From assembly GCA_002104945.1 (NCBI GenBank), contig MCFH01000203.1:1-17525 (forward strand): a stretch of DNA of 17,525 nt, given 5' to 3'. The position numbers were made by a program, and so were the translations under genes. Origin of the DNA: Piromyces finnis finn. Lineage: Eukaryota > Fungi > Neocallimastigomycota. A model generated the notes under the pieces. It was not told where the DNA came from. It searched no databases and saw only the letters and a program-made list of their open reading frames with translations. Below are positions 1 to 16,500 of the stretch, piece after piece. Within the stretch, counting starts at the first letter, position 1, and each line of letters begins with the position of its first letter.

Positions 1-445
1 TTTAGATAATAATAGTATATTATCATTATATCACAGGAAATTAAAAAGTTACAAGATGTATCAATTGTGTTATTAGGAAATTGTAAAACTGCTATTCAAG
101 CAAATTTAAAAGAATCCATGGAGGAAAATGAACAAATGAATGCTTATTCAGTAAATATATTAATTTATAAATGATTTTATAAATAGTATTAAATATAAGA
201 AAATAATAATAATAAACATAATAAACATAATAATAATAATAATAATAATAATAAACATAATAATAATAATAAATAATAATAAACATAATAATAATAATAA
301 TAATAATATAAACATAATAAAATAAACATAATAATAATAAACATAATAATAATAAACATAATAATAATAAACATAATAATAATAAAATAATAAACATAAT
401 AATAATAATAATAAACATAATAATAATAAACATATAATAATAAAC

Positions 446-483
<38 letters not shown>

Positions 484-484
484 C

Positions 485-516
<32 letters not shown>

Positions 517-798
517 CATATAATAATAATATTAAACATAATAATAAACATAATAATAATAATAATAATAAACATAATAATAATATAATAATATAATATA
601 ATAATAATAATAATATAATAATAATAATAATAATAATAATAAAATAATAATAATAAACATAATAATAATAAACATAATAATAATAAACAAATAATAATAA
701 TAAATAATAATAATAATAAACATAATAATAATAAACATATAATAATAATATAATAATAAAATAATAATAATAATAATTAATAATAATATAATAAAAAC

Positions 799-837
<39 letters not shown>

Positions 838-847
838 TAATAATAAT

Positions 848-879
<32 letters not shown>

Positions 880-2148
880 TAATAATAATAATAATATAAT
901 AATAATAATAATATAATAATAATAATATAATAATAATTAAATAATAATAATAATACTAATAATAATACTAATACTAATACTGATACTAATAATAATAATT
1001 ATATTTTTTATTATACTAATTTTAACTTATAAATAAAAGTCGTTTAAAACATTAGAATCATTAATTGATATATCAATTTCACTTATTTCAGAATATGCTC
1101 CAGGAGATGTTATAAAATTTTAGAAATTATTGAGAACTGGCATTTTAAAGTTCCTTATTTAAAGTATGAACTAATACCACATGTATCTATTATTAATTTT
1201 CTCTCTTCTTGTGGTCAAGTTGATTTCAGTTCTAAGTATATTGTAAACTATTATAACAATTTATATAAATAAAATTTATTTTTAAAATATTATTAAGTAT
1301 TGAGAAATTAATTTATATATAATTAAAAAAATAATATTACAATATAGAATAAAGCTACCGAGTTATTAGAGTTGTTATATCATACCTATTTTAATTCAAA
1401 TAATTGGGTTTTAAAACATAAAGCATTTCTTTCAATAACGCAATTTGGTGTGGTAAATTTCTAATTTTTATTAAATTAAAACAAGAATTAATAATATTCT
1501 TTATTATTTGTGTTGCTAAAAAAAAAATCGCGAAACAAAAATGTATTTACATATATATAAAATTTATTATATAAAATTTATTATAGACTACAATTCATTC
1601 AGAAATTCTAAAGACAATTGTTACTGAACCATATCAGCAACAGTTATTAATATTGTGTCTGGTGTGCCAATTTTCGAGAAAAATAAAAATGTAATTATAT
1701 TAATTGTAATTAAATTTTAATAATGAATTATTTATTTAATGATTATTATATAATTTTTATTTGATTAGATTAAAATAACATATAAACAAGAAAACAAGAA
1801 TGAGCAAGTATTATCATTAAAGAAATATCAAGATTGTTTAAAAAAGGAATTAGAAAAAATAAATTTAAATCTTCAAATAAATCAACAAGATAAATACAGC
1901 TTGATAATAATGATAATAAAAATGATATAGATATAATTGACATCCCAAAACAAAAGATTTAAATAATCAATCTTCGGAAATACAAGAATGCATTGATTCA
2001 TTAAAAGAATGTATTAAGAATCTAGAACAAATTAATACCAGTAATGATAGTAGTGTTTCAGAATTAAAATCAAATAAAGAAATTATTCTTTAAAGCTATA
2101 CGTTGATAATATAAATGATTCTATAAAAAGCAACTAATTAAGAATTAG
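1..2148 (+). other. Mirror-image partial copy of the 3' exons of the FIRRM-like gene (left arm of the inverted repeat)
   Basis: Exons at <1-150, 1040-~1242, ~1349-1453, ~1587-1690 and ~1769-2148 (TAG at 2146-2148) are reverse complements of the minus-strand exons at 4723-6876. This copy has 1-nt frameshifts, e.g. A4 instead of A5 at 1114-1117, giving a premature TAG at 1121. Confidence 0.85.
202..1000 (+). repeat. (AAT)n microsatellite with interspersed AAACAT/AAAT variants, intronic (mirror copy)
   Basis: Directly visible aataataat arrays with recurring aaacat units, lying inside the GT(151)...AG(1039) intron. It produces the low-complexity ORFs at 92-738 in the ORF track. Confidence 0.95.
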
Positions 2149-2375
2149 AATTGTCATAAAGTATATTATCTTTTTTAATAAAATTCTAATCAAAACTATT
2201 TATGAATAAAATATTTAGAATATCGGTATAAATTAATAAATATAAATTAGAAATTTATTTAAAAGTTTTTATTTTTTGCATAAATATATGTAAAAATAGA
2301 TAAAGAAGTGAAAACAAAAAACAAAAACAAAAAACGTCAGAAAAAGGATTTATTATTTTTTATATTAATTTAATA

Positions 2376-2380
<5 letters not shown>

Positions 2381-2410
<30 letters not shown>
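2381..2410. repeat. (TA)15 microsatellite between the convergent 3' ends of the two mirrored genes
   Basis: Directly visible. An interrupted mirror copy lies at ~4462-4490. Confidence 0.9.
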
Positions 2411-2413
<3 letters not shown>

Positions 2414-2482
2414 TTTTAGATATAGTAATAATATAAGAAATGTATTATACATATTATTATTTATTATTATTATTTTTCATAT

Positions 2483-3410
2483 TTAGTTTGAATTTGATTC
2501 TGCAGTTCTCTCATTACAAGGGAATCATAAAGTCTATTTTGTGTATAAGTTTGATATAGTGATGGGTTTGGGAATTGTTTATAGTGAGAATTATCAACTT
2601 TTTGAATTTGTGCAATTTTTAATCTATTTATTGTTAAAATAGTTATTAATAATATTATAGTGTTTTTAAAGTATTTAATATATTTAAATACGTACTTTGT
2701 TTTAAATTGTTCTAGTAATTTAGTCTTTTAAGTAAATCATCATATTCTTGTTTTTGTTTCTTTTTAAATGTATAAAGAATAAAGCAGATAATATATATAT
2801 ACAAATATTTAATAAAATATATAGGTTAAAAACATAAAGATACTAATAAACATTATATCTTTTATAAATGTTTACCAAACTACGTTGATAATCTTCCTCA
2901 TCTTGTTTTCGGATTTTTTCGTCATGTATACGTTATTATTTATTTGATCTAATAAATCATTTGAATATTGTCTTTTATTCTGAAATATTTATTATAAATT
3001 AGTTATCAAAAAATTTTTTTTTCTTTGAAGTTTTATAATAATTATTATTAATTACATCAAGAATCTTTTGTGCTTTAAGTTTTTCTTCTCTTCTATTTTT
3101 TTAACATTTTCAATTAATTTTTCCATTTCACGTTTATTTTCTTCTTGTTCAAGCTTATTTCTTTCCACTATTTATATATTTATTATTAATAATGTTATTA
3201 TTAATTTTTTATTTTATTATTATTATTTTTCTTTTCAGGAATGATTATCATTAATGATATATCATAAGTAGAATTGTATATATAGAATAAATATTAACAA
3301 TTTATGTAATTTAATTTTTCATTAAGTTGTTCTTGTCTTGTTTTCATAACTTCTCTCATTAATTTATTTTTGCTTCCTGTTCTTGTTTCCACTTTTTCAT
3401 ATTTTTTAAT
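2483..3410 (-). other. Mirror copy of the 3' exons of a TPH-domain coiled-coil gene (left arm)
   Basis: Reverse complement of 3448-4384. The ORF-track entry 3294..3539(-) ends in the real frame KNKLMREVMKTRQEQLNEK. It carries different indels from the right-arm copy. Confidence 0.75.
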
Positions 3411-3447
3411 TATTATAAAAAATTTTATATAAATAAATATTTTATAG

Positions 3448-4384
3448 AAAAATAAATTAATGTATGAAAAGTGGAAACAAGAAACAGGAAGCAAGAAATA
3501 AATTAATGAGGAGAAGTTATGAAAACAAGACAAGAACAAACTTAATGAAAAATGTAAATTACATAAATTGTTAAATTTTATTCTATATATACAATTCTAC
3601 TTATGATATATCATTAATGTAATCATTCCTGAAAAGAAAAATATAATAATAAAATAAAAAATTAATAATAACATTATTAATAATAAATATATAAATAGTG
3701 GAAAGAAATAAGCTTGAACAAGAAGAAAATAAACGTGAAATGGAAAAATTTAAATGAAATGTTAAAAAATATGAAGAAGAAGAAAACTTAAAGCACAAAA
3801 GATTCTTGATGTAATTAATAATAATTATTATAAACTTCAAAGAAAAAAAAAATTTTTTTGATAACTAATTTATAATAAATATTTTCAGAATAAAAGAAAT
3901 TTCAAATGATTTATTAGATCAAATAAATAATAAGCGTATACATGACGAAAAAATCCGAAACAAAGATGAGGAAGATTATCAACGTAGTTTGGTAAACATT
4001 TATAAAAGATATAATGTTTATTAGTATCTTTATGTTTTAACCATTAATTTTATTAAATATTGTATATATATATTATCTGCTTTATTCTTTTATACATTAA
4101 AAAGAAACCAAAAACCAAGAATATGATGATTTACTTGAAAAGACTAAATTACTAGAACAATTTAAAACAAAGTACGTATTTAAATATATTAAATACTTTA
4201 AAAACACTATAATATTATTAATAACTATTTAACATAAATAGATTAAAAATTGCACAAATTCAAAAAGTTGATAATTCTCACTATAAACAATTCCCAAACC
4301 CATCACTATATCAAACTTATACACAAAAATAGACTTTATGATTCCCTTGTAATGAGAGAAGCTGCAGAATCAAATTCAAACTAA
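3448..4384 (+). CDS. 3' exons (5'-truncated) of a trichohyalin-plectin-homology (TPH) coiled-coil protein, CFAP53/trichoplein-like, probably flagellar
   Basis: Two-arm consensus across about five GT-AG exons (3448-3553, 3699-~3810, ~3889-~3991, ~4103-~4170, ~4242-4384): EKWKQEQEAKNKLMREVMKTRQEQLNEK|LERNKLEQEENKREMEKLIENVKKYEEEENLKHKRF..|NKRQYSNDLLDQINNKRIHDEKIRKQDEEDYQRSL|KQKQEYDDLLEKTKLLEQFKTK|LKIAQIQ.... The W..E..A...LM.EV...R..Q..EK and Y...L..QI patterns resemble CFAP53/TCHP C-termini as I recall them (no database search run). Several indels must be corrected and the exact C-terminus is uncertain. Confidence 0.7.
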
Positions 4385-4722
4385 ATATGAAAAAATAATA
4401 ATAATAATAATAAATATGTATAATACATTTTCTTTATTTATTACTATATCTAAAAGAATATATTATATATATATTATATATATATATATAATATTTATTA
4501 AATTAATATAAAAAATATAAATCCTTTTTCTGACGTTTTTTGTTTTTTGTTTTTTGTTTCACTTCTTTATCTATTTTTACATATATTTATGCAAAAATAA
4601 AAACTTTTAAATAAATTTCTAATTTATATTTATTAATTTATACCGATATTCTAAATATTTTATTCATAAATAGTTTTGATTAGAATTTTATTAAAAAAGA
4701 TAAATATACTTTATTGACAATT

Positions 4723-10193
<5,471 letters not shown>

Positions 10194-10771
10194 TTTATTA
10201 CTATACTATTTTGTTACAATAAATTAATTCTTATATTTAATTGAAAATAAATGTTAAAAATTTAATAAATATAGTTATATAATGAACTTTCATTATATGA
10301 TATTATTATAAAATAAAAATAACAATTTATTCAATTAATAAATTTTTAAGCATTAAGGCAATAAAAATATATTTCTATTATTATTTATTACTTAACAAAA
10401 AAAACTGTAGTAAATTTTTGAATTATTACTATTATATTAAGCGTAATATAATTGGTTAAGTTTTTTAAAAGATAAATAAATATTTTATAATATTTAATTT
10501 TTTTTTAAATTTTTTATAATTATTTATAGAATTTTTAAATTTGGATACTAATAAATATGATATTAACTGCATAAAAAGGATTTTACATATAATATCATTT
10601 TATTAATTGTAGTATTTCTAGTAAATAGCTTTATTATTTTTTCTTGATTTATTATAATTTACTATTTATATTTTAATATACTATTGAATTTTGCGTTGGA
10701 AAAGATTTAACATAAGTTATAAGAAATGTATGGACTCCTAAATAAATGAAATAAAAAAAAAAAAAAAAATC

Positions 10772-10811
<40 letters not shown>

Positions 10812-11708
10812 ATATTGAATTAATTAATAACATATAGCATACATAATTAAAATAAGAAATTATAAAAATGTATTAGTAATTGAAGTTTTAAAATTCAATT
10901 ATAAACGTTTTTATATAGAAAAAAAATAAATAATAATAGTAATACAAGTAGAAATAATAAAAAAAAAAAAAAAAAATGATGATTTTTTTAGCCAATTATG
11001 AAAATTTCATGGAATAAATAATAAGTATTTTATTTGTTTAATGAAATTAATGTTTTAAACTTTAATTTAAAAAACCTGAGAATTTATAATTGTTTTTTTT
11101 TTTTTTTTTTTTATTTAATTTTATTAGTTTGATGTTAGTATGTATCTTGAGAATTTATGTGCTTTGAAAAGTAAAGTAGCGATAGTATATGAAATATTAC
11201 TAGTAGTAAACTTAAAGTATTTCATTAAAAGAAATTTTAATTAATGCAATTGAAAAAAAATATTATTTTGATAAAATGTATTTTTATAATTCCTTTTGTG
11301 GTTAAATTTATTTATATCTTGAATTTAAAATTTCTATTTGACTATGATGATAAAAATTATGCAAGGTCTGAATATATTTTTTATAAAAAATATATAATGA
11401 CTAAATTTAAAGTTTTCAATCTGAGTCAATTTAAATTTTAAAAAAAAATAATATACTAATAATAAAAAAAAACTAACGAAATAAAATATAAATAAAATGT
11501 CTTAATAAAACAAATCTGATCTTCTATTAATAATATACAAAACAAAAATTTAAATATATAAAATATAGAATCTATTTTCTATTCGATTAGCACCAAATAT
11601 TATCTTTTTTTTTGTTGTTATTGTTGTTTTTTTCACTTTTGTTTTTGTTAAGTGTTTGTATTTAATGTTGATTTGGTAATATTGCAATTTTTTTTTTGTT
11701 TTTTTTTT

Positions 11709-12464
11709 TTACTTTCTTGTCTTTTTAACTCTTAACTTATAAACTTCTACAACGCCTGCAACACCATCAACCTTAAGTAATTTACTTTTGGGTATACGAT
11801 TCCAAGTAAAACCTCTTTCTTCAACTCTAGTCAAAAATGAGTTAATTACATCAGCATCTCTTCTTTCCATGGCAACAAAAGCTTGAGTATGCGGACCGCA
11901 AACATGTACAAGAGTATTAATAAATGGATCTAACATTTCAATATTGAAAACACAATCAGCTGCTAATACATAATCATATTCAATATGGTCTGGTGTTTCA
12001 GGATCATAAATATCTTTTGATACTGGCTGTTCCCAATCCAATTCTTTTACAAGGGCTTGTCCAGCAAAAGTTGTGTTATCACCTTCTAATTCTTTTGTTG
12101 TATCAATATTTTTAAATTCTTTTTGGGTTTTTGAAAAATTTGGGATATTACTACCAACATTATCTTCTAAAATAAAAAGAGTATCTTGTCTGTCGGTGAA
12201 AATTGTATTAGCACCTAATAAAGTAACTAAAATACCAGTAAGACCGCAACCACTACCAAGTTCTAAACAATATTTTCCTTGAAGTGGAGGTTTAGAGATA
12301 GAATTTGACTTTTTTCTAAAAATATTATTTAAATAATCACTTAAAACATGACTCGCATCCCAAATAGTAGTACCGGTTAAAAATGAAGACTGGTTTTGCT
12401 TTATTCTTATTGAAATGTTTCCAAAAGAATAATCAATATAAGCTAAATGTTTTGTACTAGCCAT
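11709..12464 (-). CDS. Seven-beta-strand SAM-dependent protein methyltransferase, METTL21/Efm (Methyltransf_16) family, 251 aa, intronless
   Basis: Uninterrupted ORF with visibly higher GC than its flanks. It has the family motifs in order: TGTTIWDASHVLSDYL, motif I CLELGSGCGLTG, post-I IFTD, ELDW, and motif II YDYVLAADCVF. The subfamily cannot be assigned by eye. Confidence 0.93.
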   Translation of the reverse strand: MASTKHLAYIDYSFGNISIRIKQNQSSFLTGTTIWDASHVLSDYLNNIFRKKSNSISKPPLQGKYCLELGSGCGLTGILVTLLGANTIFTDRQDTLFILEDNVGSNIPNFSKTQKEFKNIDTTKELEGDNTTFAGQALVKELDWEQPVSKDIYDPETPDHIEYDYVLAADCVFNIEMLDPFINTLVHVCGPHTQAFVAMERRDADVINSFLTRVEERGFTWNRIPKSKLLKVDGVAGVVEVYKLRVKKTRK

Positions 12465-12969
12465 CCCTTCAATTTAAAAATTTTTAAAAATATAATTGAA
12501 AATTACTTTATATATATATATTTCTACTTGTGTATTAAAAAGAATATAAGAAAATAAAGGCTATTATATCCCTGCTTTAAATTAATATATTATTGTTTTT
12601 CCTCGTCTGTTTTTCAGTAGCAAAATAATTCTGAATTATATGTTTAACGCCAAACTACTAATAGAAATTCGAAATTTTACGATATTCAATTATTTTATTT
12701 AATATGTATATAATTAAATTTAATAAATCACTCTTCAAAAACAAAAAATTCAAGTAATTGAAATACACTTTTTTACTCTTAGATAAGTTTAATATAAACA
12801 CCTTCTTCAATTATTCTATATTGATTTTTTTTTTAATATTTTCAAGCATTTAAAAATTTTGTAACCAATCATATTTTACTTTTAAATAATTATAATTATA
12901 ATAATTATAATAATACTATTTTATAAATGATTTATAATTTAGAATTTTAAAATTCCCATTTGTTAAAAT
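12465..12969. promoter_or_regulatory. Probable bidirectional promoter between the divergent methyltransferase and CX9C genes
   Basis: Head-to-head start codons at 12464(-) and 12970(+), 505 nt apart. This is a positional inference only; no specific element was identified. Confidence 0.45.
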
Positions 12970-13549
12970 ATGGAAAGTGTTATTAATGAAGTTGCCGAAA
13001 AAATGCAAAAAGCAATTAAAAGTTTTGCTAAGTAAGCATTAATATATGTTAAGATATATAGTAATATATATGTATATGTATTAAAATATAATCATTTAAT
13101 TTCAAAATGTAATTAAAAATTATTATTATTTTAATTATAAATGCTGAAATATAAAGATGTGTTGATAAACATCCATCTACTTACGATTGTGACTGCAAAA
13201 AACAAAAAGAAGCTGTTCAAAATGTTCAGAAGAAAAGTATATATGACATCCTCTATATAATCATTTTAATTATTTATAGAAAATGATGTGTATAATAAAT
13301 TATAATTTTCACTAAATTTTAAACTTTTTTTTTTTTCAAATTAAATACAAATATTTATTTAATCATAAATAAAACATTTATAGTTCAAGATTATTAAAGC
13401 TTATTAATAAGCACTGTAAACAACAAAGTGTTGCTTATGATAATTGCGTCAGTAATAACAAATTAAATCCAGAATCAAAATGTTTAGAACAATTCCGTGC
13501 ATTATACTTATGTTCTCAAGTTATTCAAGAGGGTGCTAGAAACTGGTGA
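12970..13549 (+). CDS. MIX14: Quadruple-CX9C (two CHCH domains) intermembrane-space protein, Mix14/CHCHD5-like, ~102 aa, 3 exons; not in the ORF track
   Basis: Exons 12970-13031 (gtaagc donor), 13157-13236 and 13384-13549 (TGA). Exon 3 reads as-is ...KHC-KQQSVAYDN-C-VSNNKLNPESK-C-LEQFRALYL-CSQVIQEGARNW*, two exact CX9C motifs. Correcting three A-run lengths by 1 nt gives MESVINEVAEK-C-KKQLKSFAK-C-VDKHPSTYDCD-C-KKQKEAVQK-C-SEEN, two more exact CX9C motifs, and restores the exon 2/3 phase. Confidence 0.82.
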
Positions 13550-16500
13550 TAGACTAAGAAAAATCGAAAGAAGAAATAATAGACTCAACAAAACCAAAGC
13601 TTAATTAAAAAGATATAAATACCTATTATAATTTATAATTTATTAAAAAATATATATACATATATAAAATTCTTGTTTGAAAATTCTTTTAATTATATTT
13701 GCAATTTCTCTATTACAAGATATATTCTTATACACCATATGTTATATAGTATTGCAAATGAAAATTCATTAATATGTAACGTTAGCATTATTTCATTAAT
13801 ACCCTTAATAATATATAATAACATAATGAAATAATATAATTCATATTAAAATAAAAGAAATTCATATCAATATTTTATTATAATAGATTATTTAAGTATA
13901 TAAACGAAAAATTTTAATTAGGTGTTATGTTTATATATTAATATAATATTTTTATAGTTGATATTTGAATTATGATAATTAAGTAATATATTTATTTTAT
14001 TTATGTATGTATGATTTGTATGATTCTCATTTACTTTACAAAATTTAAATATGAATCTTGTTCTATTATTCTTGAATAGATTTGAAATAATATAATAAAA
14101 TGTGAAATATTATTAATTAAACTATAATTCAGGGATAATAAGTAAATATATAAAAAAAATAATAATAATTATAATAAAAATAATAGTATTATTTATGTAA
14201 GTATTTAAATTGTATTTAATATATTTTAGTGCTAATATTTTAGAAATATGTTAATAACAACAGTTAATAATATTATTATATATATTAACAATCTTCAATA
14301 TGAATAATTATAATTATAATTATAAAACATTTAAAAAAAAATTAAATAATAAAAAATTGTAAAAACATACATTATGTAATCAATCTTTCTTCCTTCATTT
14401 ATATCTTTTAATAATCAATATATTAACATTTATAGTACTAATAATAGTAATTATGTTATATATTGGTTGATTTTAAATTAAATTTATTTTTCTCCAAAAT
14501 AATATTAATTTGTTAACAAAATTTTACTTTAAAAGTAATTAAAAAAATAATGCTAATGAATATAATGAACTTTATTCAAATATTAAAAGTTATAAATATT
14601 ATATATAAATGTTGTAGTTGTTGTTGTTGTTTATTTATTTATTTCATTATGTTTTTTACTATTATTGTTAATATAATTAAAATACAAAATATATATATTT
14701 TTTAATATTTTAATCATATATAGTCAAAATATAGAAAATCATGTTAAAGCTAGCTAAATATTTTAGTTCATTGGTTGTATTTAAGTTATATTTATATAGA
14801 TGAAATTTAAATTATTTATCGTAGAATTGATGATTCTAATATTATTAAAATACAATATATATGAAAATTTGTTTATTACATAATTAAAATAGTTATAAAT
14901 TTTTTAAAATAAAAAATAAGTGATTATTTATTTAATAAAAGTATTTAATAAAACTTTTTTTTATGTTTCATAGGTGCTTATTACTTATTTTATTTTACAT
15001 TTTTAATGATTAATTTATTTAAGCCATTAACATAAAAAAAAATAAATATAAATTTCTTTTTTAAAAAAATTTCTACATAATCTAATCATTTGCTAACCCT
15101 AACCATTTAAAAATAATTAAATATTTTTAAATAAAAATCTTTTTATTATGAGAGTTAAAATGAAAATTTGACATCAATAATAATATTTATTAACATTTAT
15201 ATTTATAAATAAAATAATACGTTATTACATTATTTATTATTATAACTCTTTTATCTAAAAAAATTTAGTAATTTTTTAATATTAAAGCAAAACTATAAAC
15301 TATATAGTCGTTATTTAGATAAAATACATATAATAAATTATATTTACAAAACCTTGCATTCTTTATATGGCAAATAATAAAATAGAAGAAATTAAGCATT
15401 TAAATACATAATAATACTGTAAAATTTTTTATTTTATATAGCATAATTTTTACCTTTTTTTTTAAAAAAAAATATGTTTTTGCCAATTAGTAATTGACCT
15501 TTTTAATTAATCTAAAAAAGGTAAAAGTATTTATTGTTTTAATTTTAATATATATAATAAAAGATAAAAAAATGATGAAAAGATGCATAATAATAGATTA
15601 TCAACATTATTTAAGATAATAATTATATTTTTAATTTATAATAAAAATTATTATTATTATTATTATTTATAAATATATAATTTAAAAAAAATATAATAGT
15701 TTATTTATTATAAATTATTATTTAAGATAAAATTAAACAATAAAAGAAATGTTTATTGATTAAAATCTTATAAAGTGAGATTTAAATTTGAAAACCATTA
15801 AAATTAAATATAAACTATCCTTAATTTCACATTACAAAGCAATGTCATGTATATGAAAGTCAATTTATTACATATTCTTTTTAGTTAGTGAATAAAAATA
15901 AAATAAAATAAATTACTATGATTATTTTTAATTTTTTATTATCATTACTTTATAAAAAGGGGTAACTTTTTTTTTATATATATATATATGAAAGCCATTT
16001 TATTTTTTATTAAGTTTCATTCATATAGTATTCATATTTAGGTAAATATTTGTTTTAAAAATCATGTTATATTTTGAATGAAATTATTCAATAATAAATT
16101 AAAATTGAATATTTATTTAATTAATAGGATTACAAAACTTTAATTTATAATATATATTTTACTTTTTTTTTTTTAAGAAAGAATATTCATGATTATATAA
16201 AGATTCATAAAGAGTATTTAATATATTTTGTTTAAATTTATTCTTTTTCTTTTAAGGATAATTTTATCATAACATTATTAGTTTATAAATAATAATTAAA
16301 CAATATTAAAAGTAGTTATTAAATAATTTTATCTAAATATAAGTTGAAAAAGAAAAATGTGATCAAAGTTAAAAATCATTTTAATTAATTAATTATATTT
16401 ATTTTTTTAAAGAAAAACAAAATAAAATATTAAAAATAAAAGTAATAGTTATACTTTTTTTTTAATAATAAATATTAAATTTATATAAATTAAAAAGCTA

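Noticed and set aside
92-738. Four minus-strand ORFs rich in I/L/Y (92..433, 160..519, 189..575, 532..738)
   Set aside because: They are translations of the (ATT)n strand of the intronic satellite, which has no stop codons in any frame.
3400-3470. Leftover sequencing adapter at the palindrome axis
   Set aside because: No GC-containing adapter-like sequence is present; the axis is plain AT-rich intron. This neither proves nor excludes an artefact.
3601-3840. 79-aa minus-strand ORF
   Set aside because: It is antisense to the TPH exon at 3699-3810 and has no independent coding signal.
11244-11441. 65-aa plus-strand ORF
   Set aside because: Its composition matches AT-rich background (I/K/F/Y), with no motif and no supporting splice structure.
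12073-12282. 69-aa plus-strand ORF
   Set aside because: It is an antisense shadow of the methyltransferase CDS.
14030-14170. Short open minus-strand frame ending at a gtaaag donor-like site (LINNISHFIILFQIYSRIIEQDSYLNF)
   Set aside because: It is under 50 codons, with no recognisable homology and no consistent partner exons. Such frames are expected by chance at this composition.
15093-15104. CTAACCCTAACC telomere-like motif
   Set aside because: It is only two partial units in the interior of the sequence, with no array.
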